This document shows, one piece after another, positions 46,951 through 59,030 of a stretch of DNA of 64,000 bases (its first letter is position 1; each line of letters begins with the position of its first letter). A model generated the notes under the pieces. That model ran no database searches and was not told the DNA's origin. It worked only from the letters and a program-made list of their open reading frames with translations. The DNA lies in assembly GCA_038870975.1 (NCBI GenBank), contig JAVZJD010000001.1, positions 288,001-352,000 on the forward strand. The letters run 5' to 3'. The stretch comes from Candidatus Bathyarchaeia archaeon (lineage in GTDB: Archaea; Thermoproteota; CALKCG01; B24). The position numbers and the translations under genes are program-made.

Positions 46951-49392
46951 ATGTCTGAAGACAGAGCGAAAAAACTAGTCCTCTGGTTTGAAGAGCTTAG
47001 GAAGGAGGATGTTCCACTGGTTGGAGGTAAATGTGCAAACTTAGGTGAAATGATAAATGCTGGAATACCAGTACCGCCTGGATTTGCAGTATCCGCCTAT
47101 GCGTATAAACTCTTCCTCGAAAAAACAGGTATAGCTGAGAAAGTCTATTCAATAATAAGAGAAACTGTTAAAGATCCAAACGACCCTAAGCAGTATGAAG
47201 AGGCTTCTGCGAAAATTAGAGAATTAATAGAATCCACACCGATACCGAGTGAAATAGAAAAAGCCATAAGAGAAAACTATGAGATGCTTAACGACCGAGT
47301 AGGAGCCATTGAAGCATTCGTAGCCGTAAGGTCTTCCGCTACTGCTGAAGATTTGCCGGATGCATCTTTTGCAGGTCAGCAAGAGACTTTCTTAAACGTT
47401 AAGGGAGGGGATGACCTCGTTTACTATGTTCGTAAATGCTGGTCTAGCTTATTCACCCCTAGAGCAATATTCTACAGGACTCAAAAGGGCTTCCCACACG
47501 AAAGGGTTTTGATAAGCGTAGCAGTTCAGAAAATGGTAAACAGCAAAGCTGCTGGAGTAATTTTTACACTCCATCCGGTTACAGGCGATAGGAGTAAAAT
47601 AGTAATTGAAGGCGCTTGGGGCTTGGGAGAAGCCGTAGTCTCTGGAGCAGTAACACCCGATAGGTTCGTAGTCGATAAAGCTACGCTTAAAATCCTAGCT
47701 AAAGAAGTCGCCGATAAGACCGTTGAATACGTGAGAGAACCTAAGACTGGCAAAACAATACATGCTGAAGTCCCTCCAGAACGTAGAAACATACCATGTT
47801 TAACGGATGAGGAAATAATGGAGCTCGCCAAACTCGCTAGACGTATAGAGCAACACTACGGAAAACCTCAGGACATAGAGTTTGCGATAGACAGGGATTT
47901 ACCGTTCCCTCAGAACGTATACATAGTCCAATCAAGACCTGAAACAGTTTGGAGTTTTAAAGCTGAAGAGAAGCCAACTGTTGAAGCCCCAACACCCGTC
48001 GAGAAGCTAGTGCCAATCCTTAAAGGGCTACCCGCAAGTCCAGGAATATACGCAGGTAGAGTCAAAGTCGCTCTAGATCACAAGGAGGCAGCCAAAGTCA
48101 TGGAAAAGGGGGACATACTGGTCACGAAAATGACAAACCCAGACTGGGTTCCATACATGAGGATGGCTGGTGCTATAGTGACCGATGATGGAGGTATGAC
48201 CTGCCACGCAGCTATAGTTTCAAGAGAATTAGGAATACCATGCATAGTTGGATCTAAAGAGGCTACTAAAGTACTTAGAAGTGGCTCCTACTATACAATC
48301 GATGCAACTTCGGGCATCGTCTATGAAGGTATAGTTGAATCTCTAATTAAACCCGCACCTAAAGCTACTCCAACAGCCGTAACGGCGGAAGCCGTCATGA
48401 CATTGCCACAGTGGGCTATCTATCCTCCCGTAACAGCTACTAAGATCTACGTGAACCTTTCAATACCTGATGTAGCAGAAAAAGTCTTCAATGAGAGCCG
48501 CCCAGACGGGGTCGGCCTACTTAGGGCTGAACACTTAATGCTCAGCGTGGGTAAACATCCGAGGCTCTTAATAGAAGAAGGTGGAGCTGAAAAAATGGTT
48601 GATGCCTTTGCCGAAGGCATTAGAAAAGTTGCACAGGTGTTCTTCCCAAGACCTGTGGTTTACAGATTCTTAGATTTTAAACCTGATGAGTTCCTAGCAT
48701 TACCTGGCGGTGAAAAATATGAAAAAGAAGCTGGACACGTAGGCCCTAATCCGCTTATAGGTTATAGAGGGGCCTTTAGGTATATTAAGGAGCCAGATAT
48801 CTTCAGGCTTGAATGCCAAGCTATCAAGAAAGTCAGAGAAGAGTATGGTCTTAAAAACGTGTGGGTTATGGTACCCTTCGTAAGGACAGTGGAGGAGTTT
48901 AAGAACTGTCTTAAAATCATGGAAGAAGAAGGGTTAAAGAAGGGGCCAGACTTCAAAGTCTGGATAATGGTTGAAGTACCGAGTACAGTGCTTCTCATAG
49001 ACAAGTTTATTGAAGCAGGCATCGACGGTGTAAGCTTTGGAACAAACGACCTTACAATGCTCATACTCGGCATAGACAGAGACGATGCATCTGTCCAAGA
49101 AATCTACGATGAGAGGAACCTGGCGGTTTTGAGAGCTTTAAGCCATGTAATAAGACTATGCCGTGAACACAACGTAACCACAAGCATCTGCGGACAAGCT
49201 CCTTCAAACTACCCAGAGATAGTCGAATTCCTAGTTAAAGAAGGCGCCACCAGTCTATCTGTAAACCCTGACAAGGTCATAGAGACAAGAGTGCTTGTGG
49301 CGTCTATAGAAAGGAAAATCCTACTAGAGAGACTAGCAGAATCTAAAAAAGACAAGCCGTTTTTTAAATTCAGCTGGTCTGAAGAACTCTAG
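46951..49392 (+). CDS. ppsA: phosphoenolpyruvate synthase
   Basis: VGGKCANLGE, VRSSATAED, SFAGQ, TCHAAIVSRE, SFGTNDL, ICGQ. Confidence 0.96.
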   Translation: MSEDRAKKLVLWFEELRKEDVPLVGGKCANLGEMINAGIPVPPGFAVSAYAYKLFLEKTGIAEKVYSIIRETVKDPNDPKQYEEASAKIRELIESTPIPSEIEKAIRENYEMLNDRVGAIEAFVAVRSSATAEDLPDASFAGQQETFLNVKGGDDLVYYVRKCWSSLFTPRAIFYRTQKGFPHERVLISVAVQKMVNSKAAGVIFTLHPVTGDRSKIVIEGAWGLGEAVVSGAVTPDRFVVDKATLKILAKEVADKTVEYVREPKTGKTIHAEVPPERRNIPCLTDEEIMELAKLARRIEQHYGKPQDIEFAIDRDLPFPQNVYIVQSRPETVWSFKAEEKPTVEAPTPVEKLVPILKGLPASPGIYAGRVKVALDHKEAAKVMEKGDILVTKMTNPDWVPYMRMAGAIVTDDGGMTCHAAIVSRELGIPCIVGSKEATKVLRSGSYYTIDATSGIVYEGIVESLIKPAPKATPTAVTAEAVMTLPQWAIYPPVTATKIYVNLSIPDVAEKVFNESRPDGVGLLRAEHLMLSVGKHPRLLIEEGGAEKMVDAFAEGIRKVAQVFFPRPVVYRFLDFKPDEFLALPGGEKYEKEAGHVGPNPLIGYRGAFRYIKEPDIFRLECQAIKKVREEYGLKNVWVMVPFVRTVEEFKNCLKIMEEEGLKKGPDFKVWIMVEVPSTVLLIDKFIEAGIDGVSFGTNDLTMLILGIDRDDASVQEIYDERNLAVLRALSHVIRLCREHNVTTSICGQAPSNYPEIVEFLVKEGATSLSVNPDKVIETRVLVASIERKILLERLAESKKDKPFFKFSWSEEL

Positions 49393-49442
49393 TAGTCTCC
49401 AAAGTTTTTAAGCTTCAGCACCTTCCTTTTTATTGAATAATC

Positions 49443-49862
49443 TTGCCCAATAGAAGAGGGTTTAAAGAAGAGAGAGAACTCGTCAATAGACTTGAAAAGC
49501 TGGGCTTCGCTGTTTTAAGAGCCCCGGCATCAGGATCTGGGACTAAATCTGACAGGCCAGACATATTAGCCGGTCGTAGAGGGCTATGCATAGCTCTAGA
49601 GGTTAAAACAACTAACCGTAAAGTTCTTTATGTTAGTTTAGAAAGCTTAGACCAATTGGTCAGATTTTCAGATAAGTTTGGTGCAAATCCGTATCTTGCA
49701 GTCAAATTTAAAAGATCTGGTTATAGTTGGCTTCTCTTAAAACCTGAAGACTTGAAGAAAAGCTGTAAATACTACAAGATAACTTTAGAAGAGGCGTATA
49801 GAAAGGGTTTCCCTCCCGAGGCTATTTTATCGGCTAAACTCGAAGAATTTGGAGGAAATTAA
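49443..49862 (+). CDS. hjc: Holliday junction resolvase
   Basis: ERELV..L...GFAVLRAPASG, PDILAG, EVK. Confidence 0.92.
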   Translation: MPNRRGFKEERELVNRLEKLGFAVLRAPASGSGTKSDRPDILAGRRGLCIALEVKTTNRKVLYVSLESLDQLVRFSDKFGANPYLAVKFKRSGYSWLLLKPEDLKKSCKYYKITLEEAYRKGFPPEAILSAKLEEFGGN

Positions 49863-49864
49863 CC

Positions 49865-50296
49865 ATGCCTTTACCAGATGTCGAAGACATAGTTGAATTC
49901 ATAGCCTTAAAATACGGCTATTCTTCTAAAATAGTTGAAATAGGTGTTGGCTTTCAATTCGACGTGGCTATTGCACTGAAAAAGAGGCTTCCCAACACGT
50001 TAATAGTGGTCGTAGACGTAAATCCAAATGCTGTGGAAGAGGCTAGAAGGCTGAGTTTGACAGCCTACGTAGATGATGTTCAAAAACCAAATATGAAAAT
50101 ATACGAGGGTACGTCATTGTTATACGCGATTAGACCACCTCCTGAGTTAATACCATGCATTCGTAGAATTGCTGAAAAGATCAAATGTCCGCTTATAATA
50201 CGTCTCCTATCGGGAGAACCAGTAATACTCGATCGACAACAGGGATGGCGTACAATAATCCATGGGAAGGCCAGATTACAACTATTGGACTTATGA
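49865..50296 (+). CDS. UPF0146-family protein
   Basis: KIVEIGVG, YVDDV, YAIRPPPEL. Confidence 0.8.
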   Translation: MPLPDVEDIVEFIALKYGYSSKIVEIGVGFQFDVAIALKKRLPNTLIVVVDVNPNAVEEARRLSLTAYVDDVQKPNMKIYEGTSLLYAIRPPPELIPCIRRIAEKIKCPLIIRLLSGEPVILDRQQGWRTIIHGKARLQLLDL

Positions 50297-50381
50297 AGCT
50301 TCAAATGAAACAACCGCTTCTCCATACTTTCAGACGAGAAGATTTTTCAGAAGGCTAAGAGTGAATTTTTACAGATGTCAT

Positions 50382-51278
50382 ATGGTCAGGGTAAGTTGCT
50401 GTTGGCTTTACGCTATTAGCAAATACGGCTATCCTCCAAATTTAAACAACATGTTTAAGGCTTTAGAAGAGATTTCAGAAATGGGTTTTAGGTATTCAGA
50501 AATCGAAGCATTAGGCTATGAAAACCTCAGAGAGATTTTGGAAAGTAAGCGTAGCCTTAAGGAGCATATAGAATCTTTAAATCTAAAGATCATAAACGTC
50601 TGCCCAATTTTCCACGACATCATTTCCCCAGATGAGGCATCTAGAAAAAGAGCTTTGAAAGCGTTTAGTGAGACTTGTGAACTTGCCGTCTATTTGAATT
50701 CTCAAATGGTTCAGACAGATACGTTCATCCCCCCTTTAAGGTTTATAAGTGATGTCCCCTACAAGGATGCGATAAACTTCGGTAAAATCTTCAAGGTAGA
50801 TGTCGACTTAGCCTTTGATTGGAGGAGTTTCTGGAGACTCCTAGTAAATAGTATGCGAAAATGTAACTGGATAGCTGAAGAACATGGTTTGAGATTCTGC
50901 TTAGAGCCTAGAGTTGGCGAATCCGTCTCAAACACAGATGCCATGCTTAGGCTCGCTGAAGCCATCGATAGTGAAAATTTTGGAGTAGTACTGGACACTG
51001 GGCATCTACATGCTCAAAAGGAAATACTTCCACTTTCCGTGGAGAAGCTTGGAAGACTCATAGTTTACGTCCATGCTTCAGATAATGACGGTAGAGACAA
51101 CTACCACTTAGGCATAGGTAAAGGGACAATAGATTGGCTTGGTGTTTTAAAAGCTCTTAAAAAACACGGATTTAATGGATACATAGGTTTAGACATAGGT
51201 CATGTGCCAAATATAGAGAAAGAATACGTGGAAAGTAAGTCTAAACTAGAACAGCTCATAGAAGAAGTGGGTCTATAA
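50382..51278 (+). CDS. sugar phosphate isomerase/epimerase (AP-endonuclease 2 TIM barrel)
   Basis: LEPR, LDTGH, VHASDNDG, GKGTIDW. ATG at 50382. Confidence 0.82.
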   Translation: MVRVSCCWLYAISKYGYPPNLNNMFKALEEISEMGFRYSEIEALGYENLREILESKRSLKEHIESLNLKIINVCPIFHDIISPDEASRKRALKAFSETCELAVYLNSQMVQTDTFIPPLRFISDVPYKDAINFGKIFKVDVDLAFDWRSFWRLLVNSMRKCNWIAEEHGLRFCLEPRVGESVSNTDAMLRLAEAIDSENFGVVLDTGHLHAQKEILPLSVEKLGRLIVYVHASDNDGRDNYHLGIGKGTIDWLGVLKALKKHGFNGYIGLDIGHVPNIEKEYVESKSKLEQLIEEVGL

Positions 51279-51283
51279 ATCCA

Positions 51284-51685
51284 TTAACCTACGATAGTAA
51301 GTTGTAGCTTACTTCCATCTTTAGAGTAGACGGCTACATCTTCCAATCCTTTATATGGATGCGCAACAACCATTAGAATCCAGCCATATATATTATTTAA
51401 GTCTTCAACTGATGGGTTTAAAACCCCAGATGGATGGCTATGGACGGTTCCAACAATTGAAAAATCTATGGGGAGGAGGGCCAACGGTATAATAGAAAAC
51501 CCTCTTCCATGCGTCGCCAAGGGTGGTATAAGCACTTCTTTAACCGTTATATGCCCCCTTCCAACACTTCCTCTTAAGAGGAGTATGGCTTCTCTTGGAT
51601 GGATGTTAAAAGCATAGAACAATATGCTATCAAAAGCCTTCTTGGAAATTCCAACCTTCAATTGTTTTCCCCTAAAGCTTTTCAA
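51284..51685 (-). CDS. JAMM/MPN+ metalloprotease
   Basis: E...VGTVHSHPSG...PSVED motif. Confidence 0.85.
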   Translation of the reverse strand: MKSFRGKQLKVGISKKAFDSILFYAFNIHPREAILLLRGSVGRGHITVKEVLIPPLATHGRGFSIIPLALLPIDFSIVGTVHSHPSGVLNPSVEDLNNIYGWILMVVAHPYKGLEDVAVYSKDGSKLQLTIVG

Positions 51686-52844
51686 CGGCTTCTTTAATCC
51701 TCTTCAATCCCTCTTTTATCTTCTCCATAGAAGTAGCATATGAAAACCTCAAATAGCCTTCTCCACCGTAGCCAAATGCAGACCCATGAAGTGTTGCAAC
51801 TTTAGCCTCTTTAAGTAGGTACTCGGCAAGCTCGATATCCGTTAATCCCACATTTTTGACATTTACAAAAGCATAGAAAGCTCCCAAGGGTTTCTTACAA
51901 ACGAACCCTTTAATCTTGTTTAGACCGTCTACTATTATATCTCTTCTACGCGTATATTCCTCAACCATCTTCTTTACGAAATCCTGCGGTCCTCTCAGCG
52001 CCGCTATTGAAGCCTTCTGTATAAACGACGGTACACAAGACACTACGTTATTTTGCAAAATCGTCATATGGTTTATCAGCTCTCTATTAGCTGCAACATA
52101 GCCAACTCTCCAACCAGTCATAGCGTACGTCTTCGAAAGACTGTTTATCAGAATAGTTCTATCTTTAACATCCGGTATTGATACTACAGACTCATGTCTA
52201 AACCCATCGTAGATGAGTTTATGATAGACGTCATCCGTTATAAGCATTAAATCATGCTTTAGAGCGAGATCGGCTAAACCCTCTACATCGCTTCTAGTCA
52301 ATATGGAACCGCATGGATTATGAGGACTGTTTATTACAATCGCTCTAGTTTTAGGAGTTACCTTAGACTCAACCAGTTCGGGTTTTAGCCTGAAATCCTC
52401 CTCCTCTTCCAATTCTACGAAAACTGGTTTAGCATTTAGAAATCTGACAACAGACTCATACGCGGGGAAACTCGGCGTAGGCATAATGACTTCATCGCCC
52501 TCTCCAACGACGCTGACGAGAGCATAGAATATCGCCGTCTTACCACTTGGTGTAACCATAACCTCATCAGGGGTATATTCCACGCCGAACTCCTCTTCAA
52601 TGCTGTCTGCAATCGCCTCTCTAAGCTCAGGTATACCTGGTGAAGGCGTATAATGTGTAAAGCCTTCTCTCAATGCCTTTATAGCAGCTTCCTTAATGTG
52701 TTCTGGCGTGTCGAAGTCCGGCTCACCTATCTCGAAGTGTATAATGTCGAAGCCCTGACTTTCAAGCGCTTTGGCCTTTTGTAGAACGAAAAAAGCAGAC
52801 TCTGCTTTTAACTTCAACATTCTTTCTGCTATGTTATTCTTCAT
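51672..52844 (-). CDS. class I PLP aminotransferase (aspartate aminotransferase-like)
   Basis: GEPDFDTP, NSPHNPCG, DDVY, SLSKTYAMTGWRVG. Confidence 0.93.
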   Translation of the reverse strand: MKNNIAERMLKLKAESAFFVLQKAKALESQGFDIIHFEIGEPDFDTPEHIKEAAIKALREGFTHYTPSPGIPELREAIADSIEEEFGVEYTPDEVMVTPSGKTAIFYALVSVVGEGDEVIMPTPSFPAYESVVRFLNAKPVFVELEEEEDFRLKPELVESKVTPKTRAIVINSPHNPCGSILTRSDVEGLADLALKHDLMLITDDVYHKLIYDGFRHESVVSIPDVKDRTILINSLSKTYAMTGWRVGYVAANRELINHMTILQNNVVSCVPSFIQKASIAALRGPQDFVKKMVEEYTRRRDIIVDGLNKIKGFVCKKPLGAFYAFVNVKNVGLTDIELAEYLLKEAKVATLHGSAFGYGGEGYLRFSYATSMEKIKEGLKRIKEAVEKL

Positions 52845-52964
52845 AAAGAAGCACCGACCCTATTTATGGATAAAAAAGAAGCTTATAAAATTTTGTTTAA
52901 ATATCTTCGGAAAAGGGGAAAAGTTAAATTACTCTTCACCTTTCTCTCTAATGGTGTTTCACCA

Positions 52965-53324
52965 ATGTCCGGAGAAATAGTCCTCCAAGAGCTTAAAAAA
53001 CAGGAGAGCGAACTCCTAGATCAGCTTAAAAAGCTTGAAGAGAGGAAAGCCCAACTCACGAATGAACTATCAGAGCTCAAAAAGAAACTTGATGATGTTA
53101 GAGACCAGTTTAAGCGTACTAGAGATATTTACGAGTCGTATAGACTTGAGAAAGACATGACAGACCTCTCTAGAAGAATGGCGCCGCTTGAAAGCGAACT
53201 TTCTGAAGTAGAAATGAAAATAAGAGGTATACAGAGATCTCTAAGTGAAACTAGGAAGAAGATAGAGCATTTAGAGTTTCAACAGAGGTCTAAGTGGGTT
53301 AGGGAGGATTGTGGGGGGAAATAG
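52965..53324 (+). CDS. coiled-coil hypothetical protein
   Basis: Heptad-rich sequence; likely ATG at 52965; overlaps the next gene. Confidence 0.6.
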   Translation: MSGEIVLQELKKQESELLDQLKKLEERKAQLTNELSELKKKLDDVRDQFKRTRDIYESYRLEKDMTDLSRRMAPLESELSEVEMKIRGIQRSLSETRKKIEHLEFQQRSKWVREDCGGK

Positions 53325-54180
53325 TAAGTATAGAGTCTTTAAATTCAAATCTCCATATTGGAGGCCGGGCTTCGACTATGAGCGCTTTATAATTTCAAGG
53401 CTAAGACGTATAGTTAGAGACGGAGACATAGTGGTTTTATCTGAAAAGGCGATTTCAACAGCTCTCGGAAACATAATAGACGAATCTAAGGTTAAGCCTA
53501 GTCTAACGTCGAAGCTTCTAGCTGGTTTTTGGATGAGGAAGATATGGGGATACATGCTAGGTCCCCTCTGTAGGCTCAAACCCGATACCATAGATAAGCT
53601 TAGAAAATATCCTATGGAAGAGGGCTCTAAACATAAGGAGGTTGTCCTCAGAACTTCAGGCTTAATACAGGCCTTGAAGCCGTTCTCTGAAGGCTCTATA
53701 GATGTAGTAAACCTACCATACTCCTATGCGGCTCTACCTCTTAAAAATCCGGATGAATTGGTCAAGCGCATAAGACGGATTTTGCTAAAAAAATACGGTA
53801 TAAAAGTTTCAGTTGTAATATCAGATAGCGATAAAACCTTCTCCCTTGGGCCAATACACCTCTGCTCCAGGCCACATTGTATAAAGGGGTTGATCTGTCT
53901 TGGTCCGTTAGCCTATATATTAGGGGCTTCACTAGGTTTAAAAGCACGTGCGACACCAGTTGCCGTCGCTGGATGGCCTTATTCTATGGAAGCGTTGCTT
54001 GACGTTTGCGAAATTGCTGATAAAGCTAGAGGATATGGAGCTGGTCAGAATATTTGGGAGGCTGCAGCTAGATTTGGAACTAAGGTAACATCTATAACTT
54101 GGAGTATGCTTGAGAGAATCCCACACTATCCAATTGTAGTCTTACGCAAGTTTGAAGATGCAAACCAACATATTTTTTAA
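53311..54180 (+). CDS. CofE-like coenzyme F420:gamma-glutamyl ligase family protein
   Basis: DGDIVVLSEKAIS, IDVVN, VVISDSD, TPVA. Confidence 0.7.
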   Translation: MGGNSKYRVFKFKSPYWRPGFDYERFIISRLRRIVRDGDIVVLSEKAISTALGNIIDESKVKPSLTSKLLAGFWMRKIWGYMLGPLCRLKPDTIDKLRKYPMEEGSKHKEVVLRTSGLIQALKPFSEGSIDVVNLPYSYAALPLKNPDELVKRIRRILLKKYGIKVSVVISDSDKTFSLGPIHLCSRPHCIKGLICLGPLAYILGASLGLKARATPVAVAGWPYSMEALLDVCEIADKARGYGAGQNIWEAAARFGTKVTSITWSMLERIPHYPIVVLRKFEDANQHIF

Positions 54181-54215
54181 GCACTCTGTAGTTTTCAATA
54201 ATTGGTCTAACAGAC

Positions 54216-55433
54216 ATGTCAATTAGAATAGGAATTATTGGGAAAACGAACACAGGTAAAACCACATTCTTCAACGCGGCTACTATGCTAAGTGGACGTA
54301 TAGATAAGTTTCCCTTTACCACTAAAACACCTCAACGCGGTATTGGCTATGCTAAAACCCTATGCGTATGCAGAGAACTTGGGGTTAAAGACAACCCTAG
54401 AAATTCCATATGTATAAATGGCTGGAGATTCATACCGATTGAAATAGTAGATTTACCTGGTTTAGTGAAAGACGCGTGGAAGGGTAGAGGTCTCGGAAAC
54501 GAATTTCTATCTGTAGCTGCTCAAACTGATGCTTTAATCCACATGGTTGATGCCTCAGGTAGCGTAGATGCAGATGGAAATATAGCAGAGCCTGGAACAG
54601 GTGACCCCCTTCAAGACTTCTACGATATTGAAAAAGAACTTGTAATGTGGATAGCTAAAATAATCGAAAGTAAGAGAAAATACATTGAGAAGACTATTGA
54701 AACACGTAGGGATACGCTTAAAGGCGCCTTAACCTCTGTTTTAACCGGTTTAAAAGTTAAAGAAGAACATGTGGCTCAAGCCTTAGAAGTATCCAACATT
54801 AAGTCTAAGGCTTTCCACGATTGGGTGGAAGAAGACCTTTTAAAGTTCTCGGAGGCATTGAGAAGAATATCTAAACCTTCTATAGTAGTAGCTAATAAGA
54901 TGGATATTCCAATTGCTGAGGACAACTACAAAAGAATGATTGAAGCACTTTCACCAATACCAGTAATACCAGCTTCAGCCGAAGCCGAGCTTATTCTAAG
55001 AAAAGCTGAGAAGAGCGGTTTGATAAGCTACATACCAGGTGAAGAAGTTTTCCAAGTAGCAGACGAATCGAAGCTCAACGAGAAGCAGAAATGGGCTTTA
55101 AACTACATTCAAGAGAGAGTTTTAAACAAATGGTGGCGGACGGGTGTCCAATTTGCTATAAACGTCTTGGTTTTTAAAGTCCTCAGAATGAACGTCGTAT
55201 ACCCAGTTGAAGATGAAAAACGGCTTTCAGATAAACATGGAAATATTCTACCAGACGCTTTTCTCATGCACTACGACGCCACGGCATTAGATTTAGCCAA
55301 TGAAATACATACTGAGCTCGGTAAGACTATGATATGCGCTATAGATGCCCGTACAGGCTTAAGACTACCGAAGGATTATAAGCTTAGAGATAGAGATATT
55401 ATTAAAATAGTTGCAACCTTACAGAGAGGCTAA
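54216..55433 (+). CDS. YchF/Obg-family GTPase with a TGS domain
   Basis: GKTNTGKTT, FPFTT, DLPGL, GRGLGNEFL, NKMD, IHTELG. Confidence 0.9.
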   Translation: MSIRIGIIGKTNTGKTTFFNAATMLSGRIDKFPFTTKTPQRGIGYAKTLCVCRELGVKDNPRNSICINGWRFIPIEIVDLPGLVKDAWKGRGLGNEFLSVAAQTDALIHMVDASGSVDADGNIAEPGTGDPLQDFYDIEKELVMWIAKIIESKRKYIEKTIETRRDTLKGALTSVLTGLKVKEEHVAQALEVSNIKSKAFHDWVEEDLLKFSEALRRISKPSIVVANKMDIPIAEDNYKRMIEALSPIPVIPASAEAELILRKAEKSGLISYIPGEEVFQVADESKLNEKQKWALNYIQERVLNKWWRTGVQFAINVLVFKVLRMNVVYPVEDEKRLSDKHGNILPDAFLMHYDATALDLANEIHTELGKTMICAIDARTGLRLPKDYKLRDRDIIKIVATLQRG

Positions 55434-55582
55434 CCCCCCTTATAGGTTATCAAAATCAACTAATTTTTGATAAATCTAAATTCTAAAAACTTAAACATTT
55501 ACTATTTCTCCACATTAATATTTGTTAATCGATATCTTTGAAAATCCTTACGTAGGATTTCTACCGATCTGGAGGTAAATTT

Positions 55583-57105
<1,523 letters not shown>

Positions 57106-57433
57106 TATGACTCCGTTAAAGATGACCACACAGTTAGAACTCATCTCAATTAGCATAGATGCCTTACATAGCTAATTGAGAAATAAGAATTACGCATATC
57201 TCTCGGAGAATATGAGAAGTCATCCTGTTGTAGAAATGAGGAGAACAATGAAAAATCTTTAAGGCTGGAATAGAACGGATAATAGTAAAATGTCAACATT
57301 TTATCTAGATGTAGATTTATAGGAGATACCGTTATCCACTAGTAGGTGGAAAAGTTTAGTGAATATATCTTTCTTAAGATTAAGACTACCGCTTAGTTTT
57401 TAAGCCTTTTAATCTCTAAAAATTCTTGTAATC

Positions 57434-57928
57434 GTGTACATGTTTGTTAAAAGCCTAGTTAAAGCATTACATAGTCTCATTATAGAGACGATCATCTTTA
57501 CATCTGGGGTTAGATCCGCGGAAGTCAACAGTAATGCTGCCGTTTATCTAGCTGGAGAATGCGTGAAGCTCGTCTGTGAAGCTATGGTACATCTTGCAAA
57601 AGTGGAAGAAAAGGATGAATATGTTGAAAAGGCACTTAGAGAGTTGGAAAATGCGAAGAATCTATTTAAATCTGTAGTTACAGGCGAACGGTCTACAGAT
57701 ACCATTAGAATATGCATCTCTTATGGAGTGGAGAATAGAAACGTCTTCATCTTAGATTTAGCCCACAACCACATCCACAAGGCAATAGATCTTTTGAAGA
57801 AATCGAGAAATTTCGAAATGTATCGCGAAATATTAGAACTTTTAGCAATAGCTCGGAGAGAATCGGCTCCTATAACGTTATATAGGCTGGCATACGATAT
57901 ATCTAGAAAAATAACCTTTGAAAAATAG
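57434..57928 (+). CDS. hypothetical helical protein
   Basis: 164 aa ORF with an upstream TATA-like TTTTTAAG; no motif recognised. Confidence 0.55.
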   Translation: MYMFVKSLVKALHSLIIETIIFTSGVRSAEVNSNAAVYLAGECVKLVCEAMVHLAKVEEKDEYVEKALRELENAKNLFKSVVTGERSTDTIRICISYGVENRNVFILDLAHNHIHKAIDLLKKSRNFEMYREILELLAIARRESAPITLYRLAYDISRKITFEK

Positions 57929-57936
57929 ATCTTCGT

Positions 57937-58938
57937 CTAAACTTCTTTAAGCTTAATCTTTCTTCTTAAATCGTCTAGTTGAACCTTCAGAAGAGACTCT
58001 ACTTCCCCACGTTTAACACTCGTAGTTGTACCTTTGGCTGTACAACATACAGCCCCCGAAGCTGAGCCGAAGATAAGCCCATCGATGATTTTTTCAACCG
58101 TATAGTTTTCCACTCGATTCGGCTCTTCAACAAGTTTAAAGATTAAACCAGCACAGAAAGCATCTCCAGCGCCTGTGGGGTCGACAACATTTACCTTGAA
58201 AGCTGGCATCTCTATAAGTATATTTTTGAAGAGCGCTATCAACCCTTTATCTCCCATTGTTATTATTGGAAACTTACAACCGAGCCCCTTTAAAGACTTT
58301 AAAGCGTTAAGAGCATTTTCTTCACTTGTGATTTTAGACGCCTCTAAGAGATTGCAATGGAAAATATCACAGTGGGGTATTGCTTCTCTGAAGAAGTCCC
58401 AACCTTTGCTATATGGAGCCACTATATCTAGAAACGTTAACGCTCCAATACTTCTAGCTTTATCTAAAACCTCCGGTAGGCCGTAGTCGAACTCTCCAAG
58501 CATACCTGCCCCCCCAATGTAAAATACTCTAGGTTTAAGTTCTTCAACAGTGTCTTCAATGAACTTTCTGTCTAGGAAAAGATTTGAGCCAGCGTCGACA
58601 TGGAAGCGTCTATCTTCTCCTTTGACGACAAGAATGAGGTTTTTCGATGTAGGCGCATCCACTCTATTAAGTCTAACCCTAACCCCCCTTTCCGTTAAAA
58701 ACCTCTCTACAAAATCTCCAAAAACATCTCTACCAACTACGGATGCTAAGTAGACGTCTCCAGCCTTAAGTCCAAGTTGGAGAAGGTCTATCGATACATT
58801 ACCAGCATGACCTCCAAGAGTCACAGCTATTCCACTTGGGACGTATAAGAGTTCACCTTGATCTGCAATACGTGGAAGCTCTGCAGCTATTATATCAACG
58901 ACAAGTATGCCAGTTGTTAAAACTAGCAATACAATCAC
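57937..58938 (-). CDS. PfkB/ribokinase-family sugar kinase
   Basis: GGHAGN, GRDVFG, DPTGAGDAF. Confidence 0.9.
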   Translation of the reverse strand: MIVLLVLTTGILVVDIIAAELPRIADQGELLYVPSGIAVTLGGHAGNVSIDLLQLGLKAGDVYLASVVGRDVFGDFVERFLTERGVRVRLNRVDAPTSKNLILVVKGEDRRFHVDAGSNLFLDRKFIEDTVEELKPRVFYIGGAGMLGEFDYGLPEVLDKARSIGALTFLDIVAPYSKGWDFFREAIPHCDIFHCNLLEASKITSEENALNALKSLKGLGCKFPIITMGDKGLIALFKNILIEMPAFKVNVVDPTGAGDAFCAGLIFKLVEEPNRVENYTVEKIIDGLIFGSASGAVCCTAKGTTTSVKRGEVESLLKVQLDDLRRKIKLKEV

Positions 58939-59030
58939 CCACTATTACAATATCACCATTAAAGTCGATTTAACTATAAATTACTTATGGATAGGCTTTA
59001 AATATTTAGGCAACCATCATAATAGCGCTA

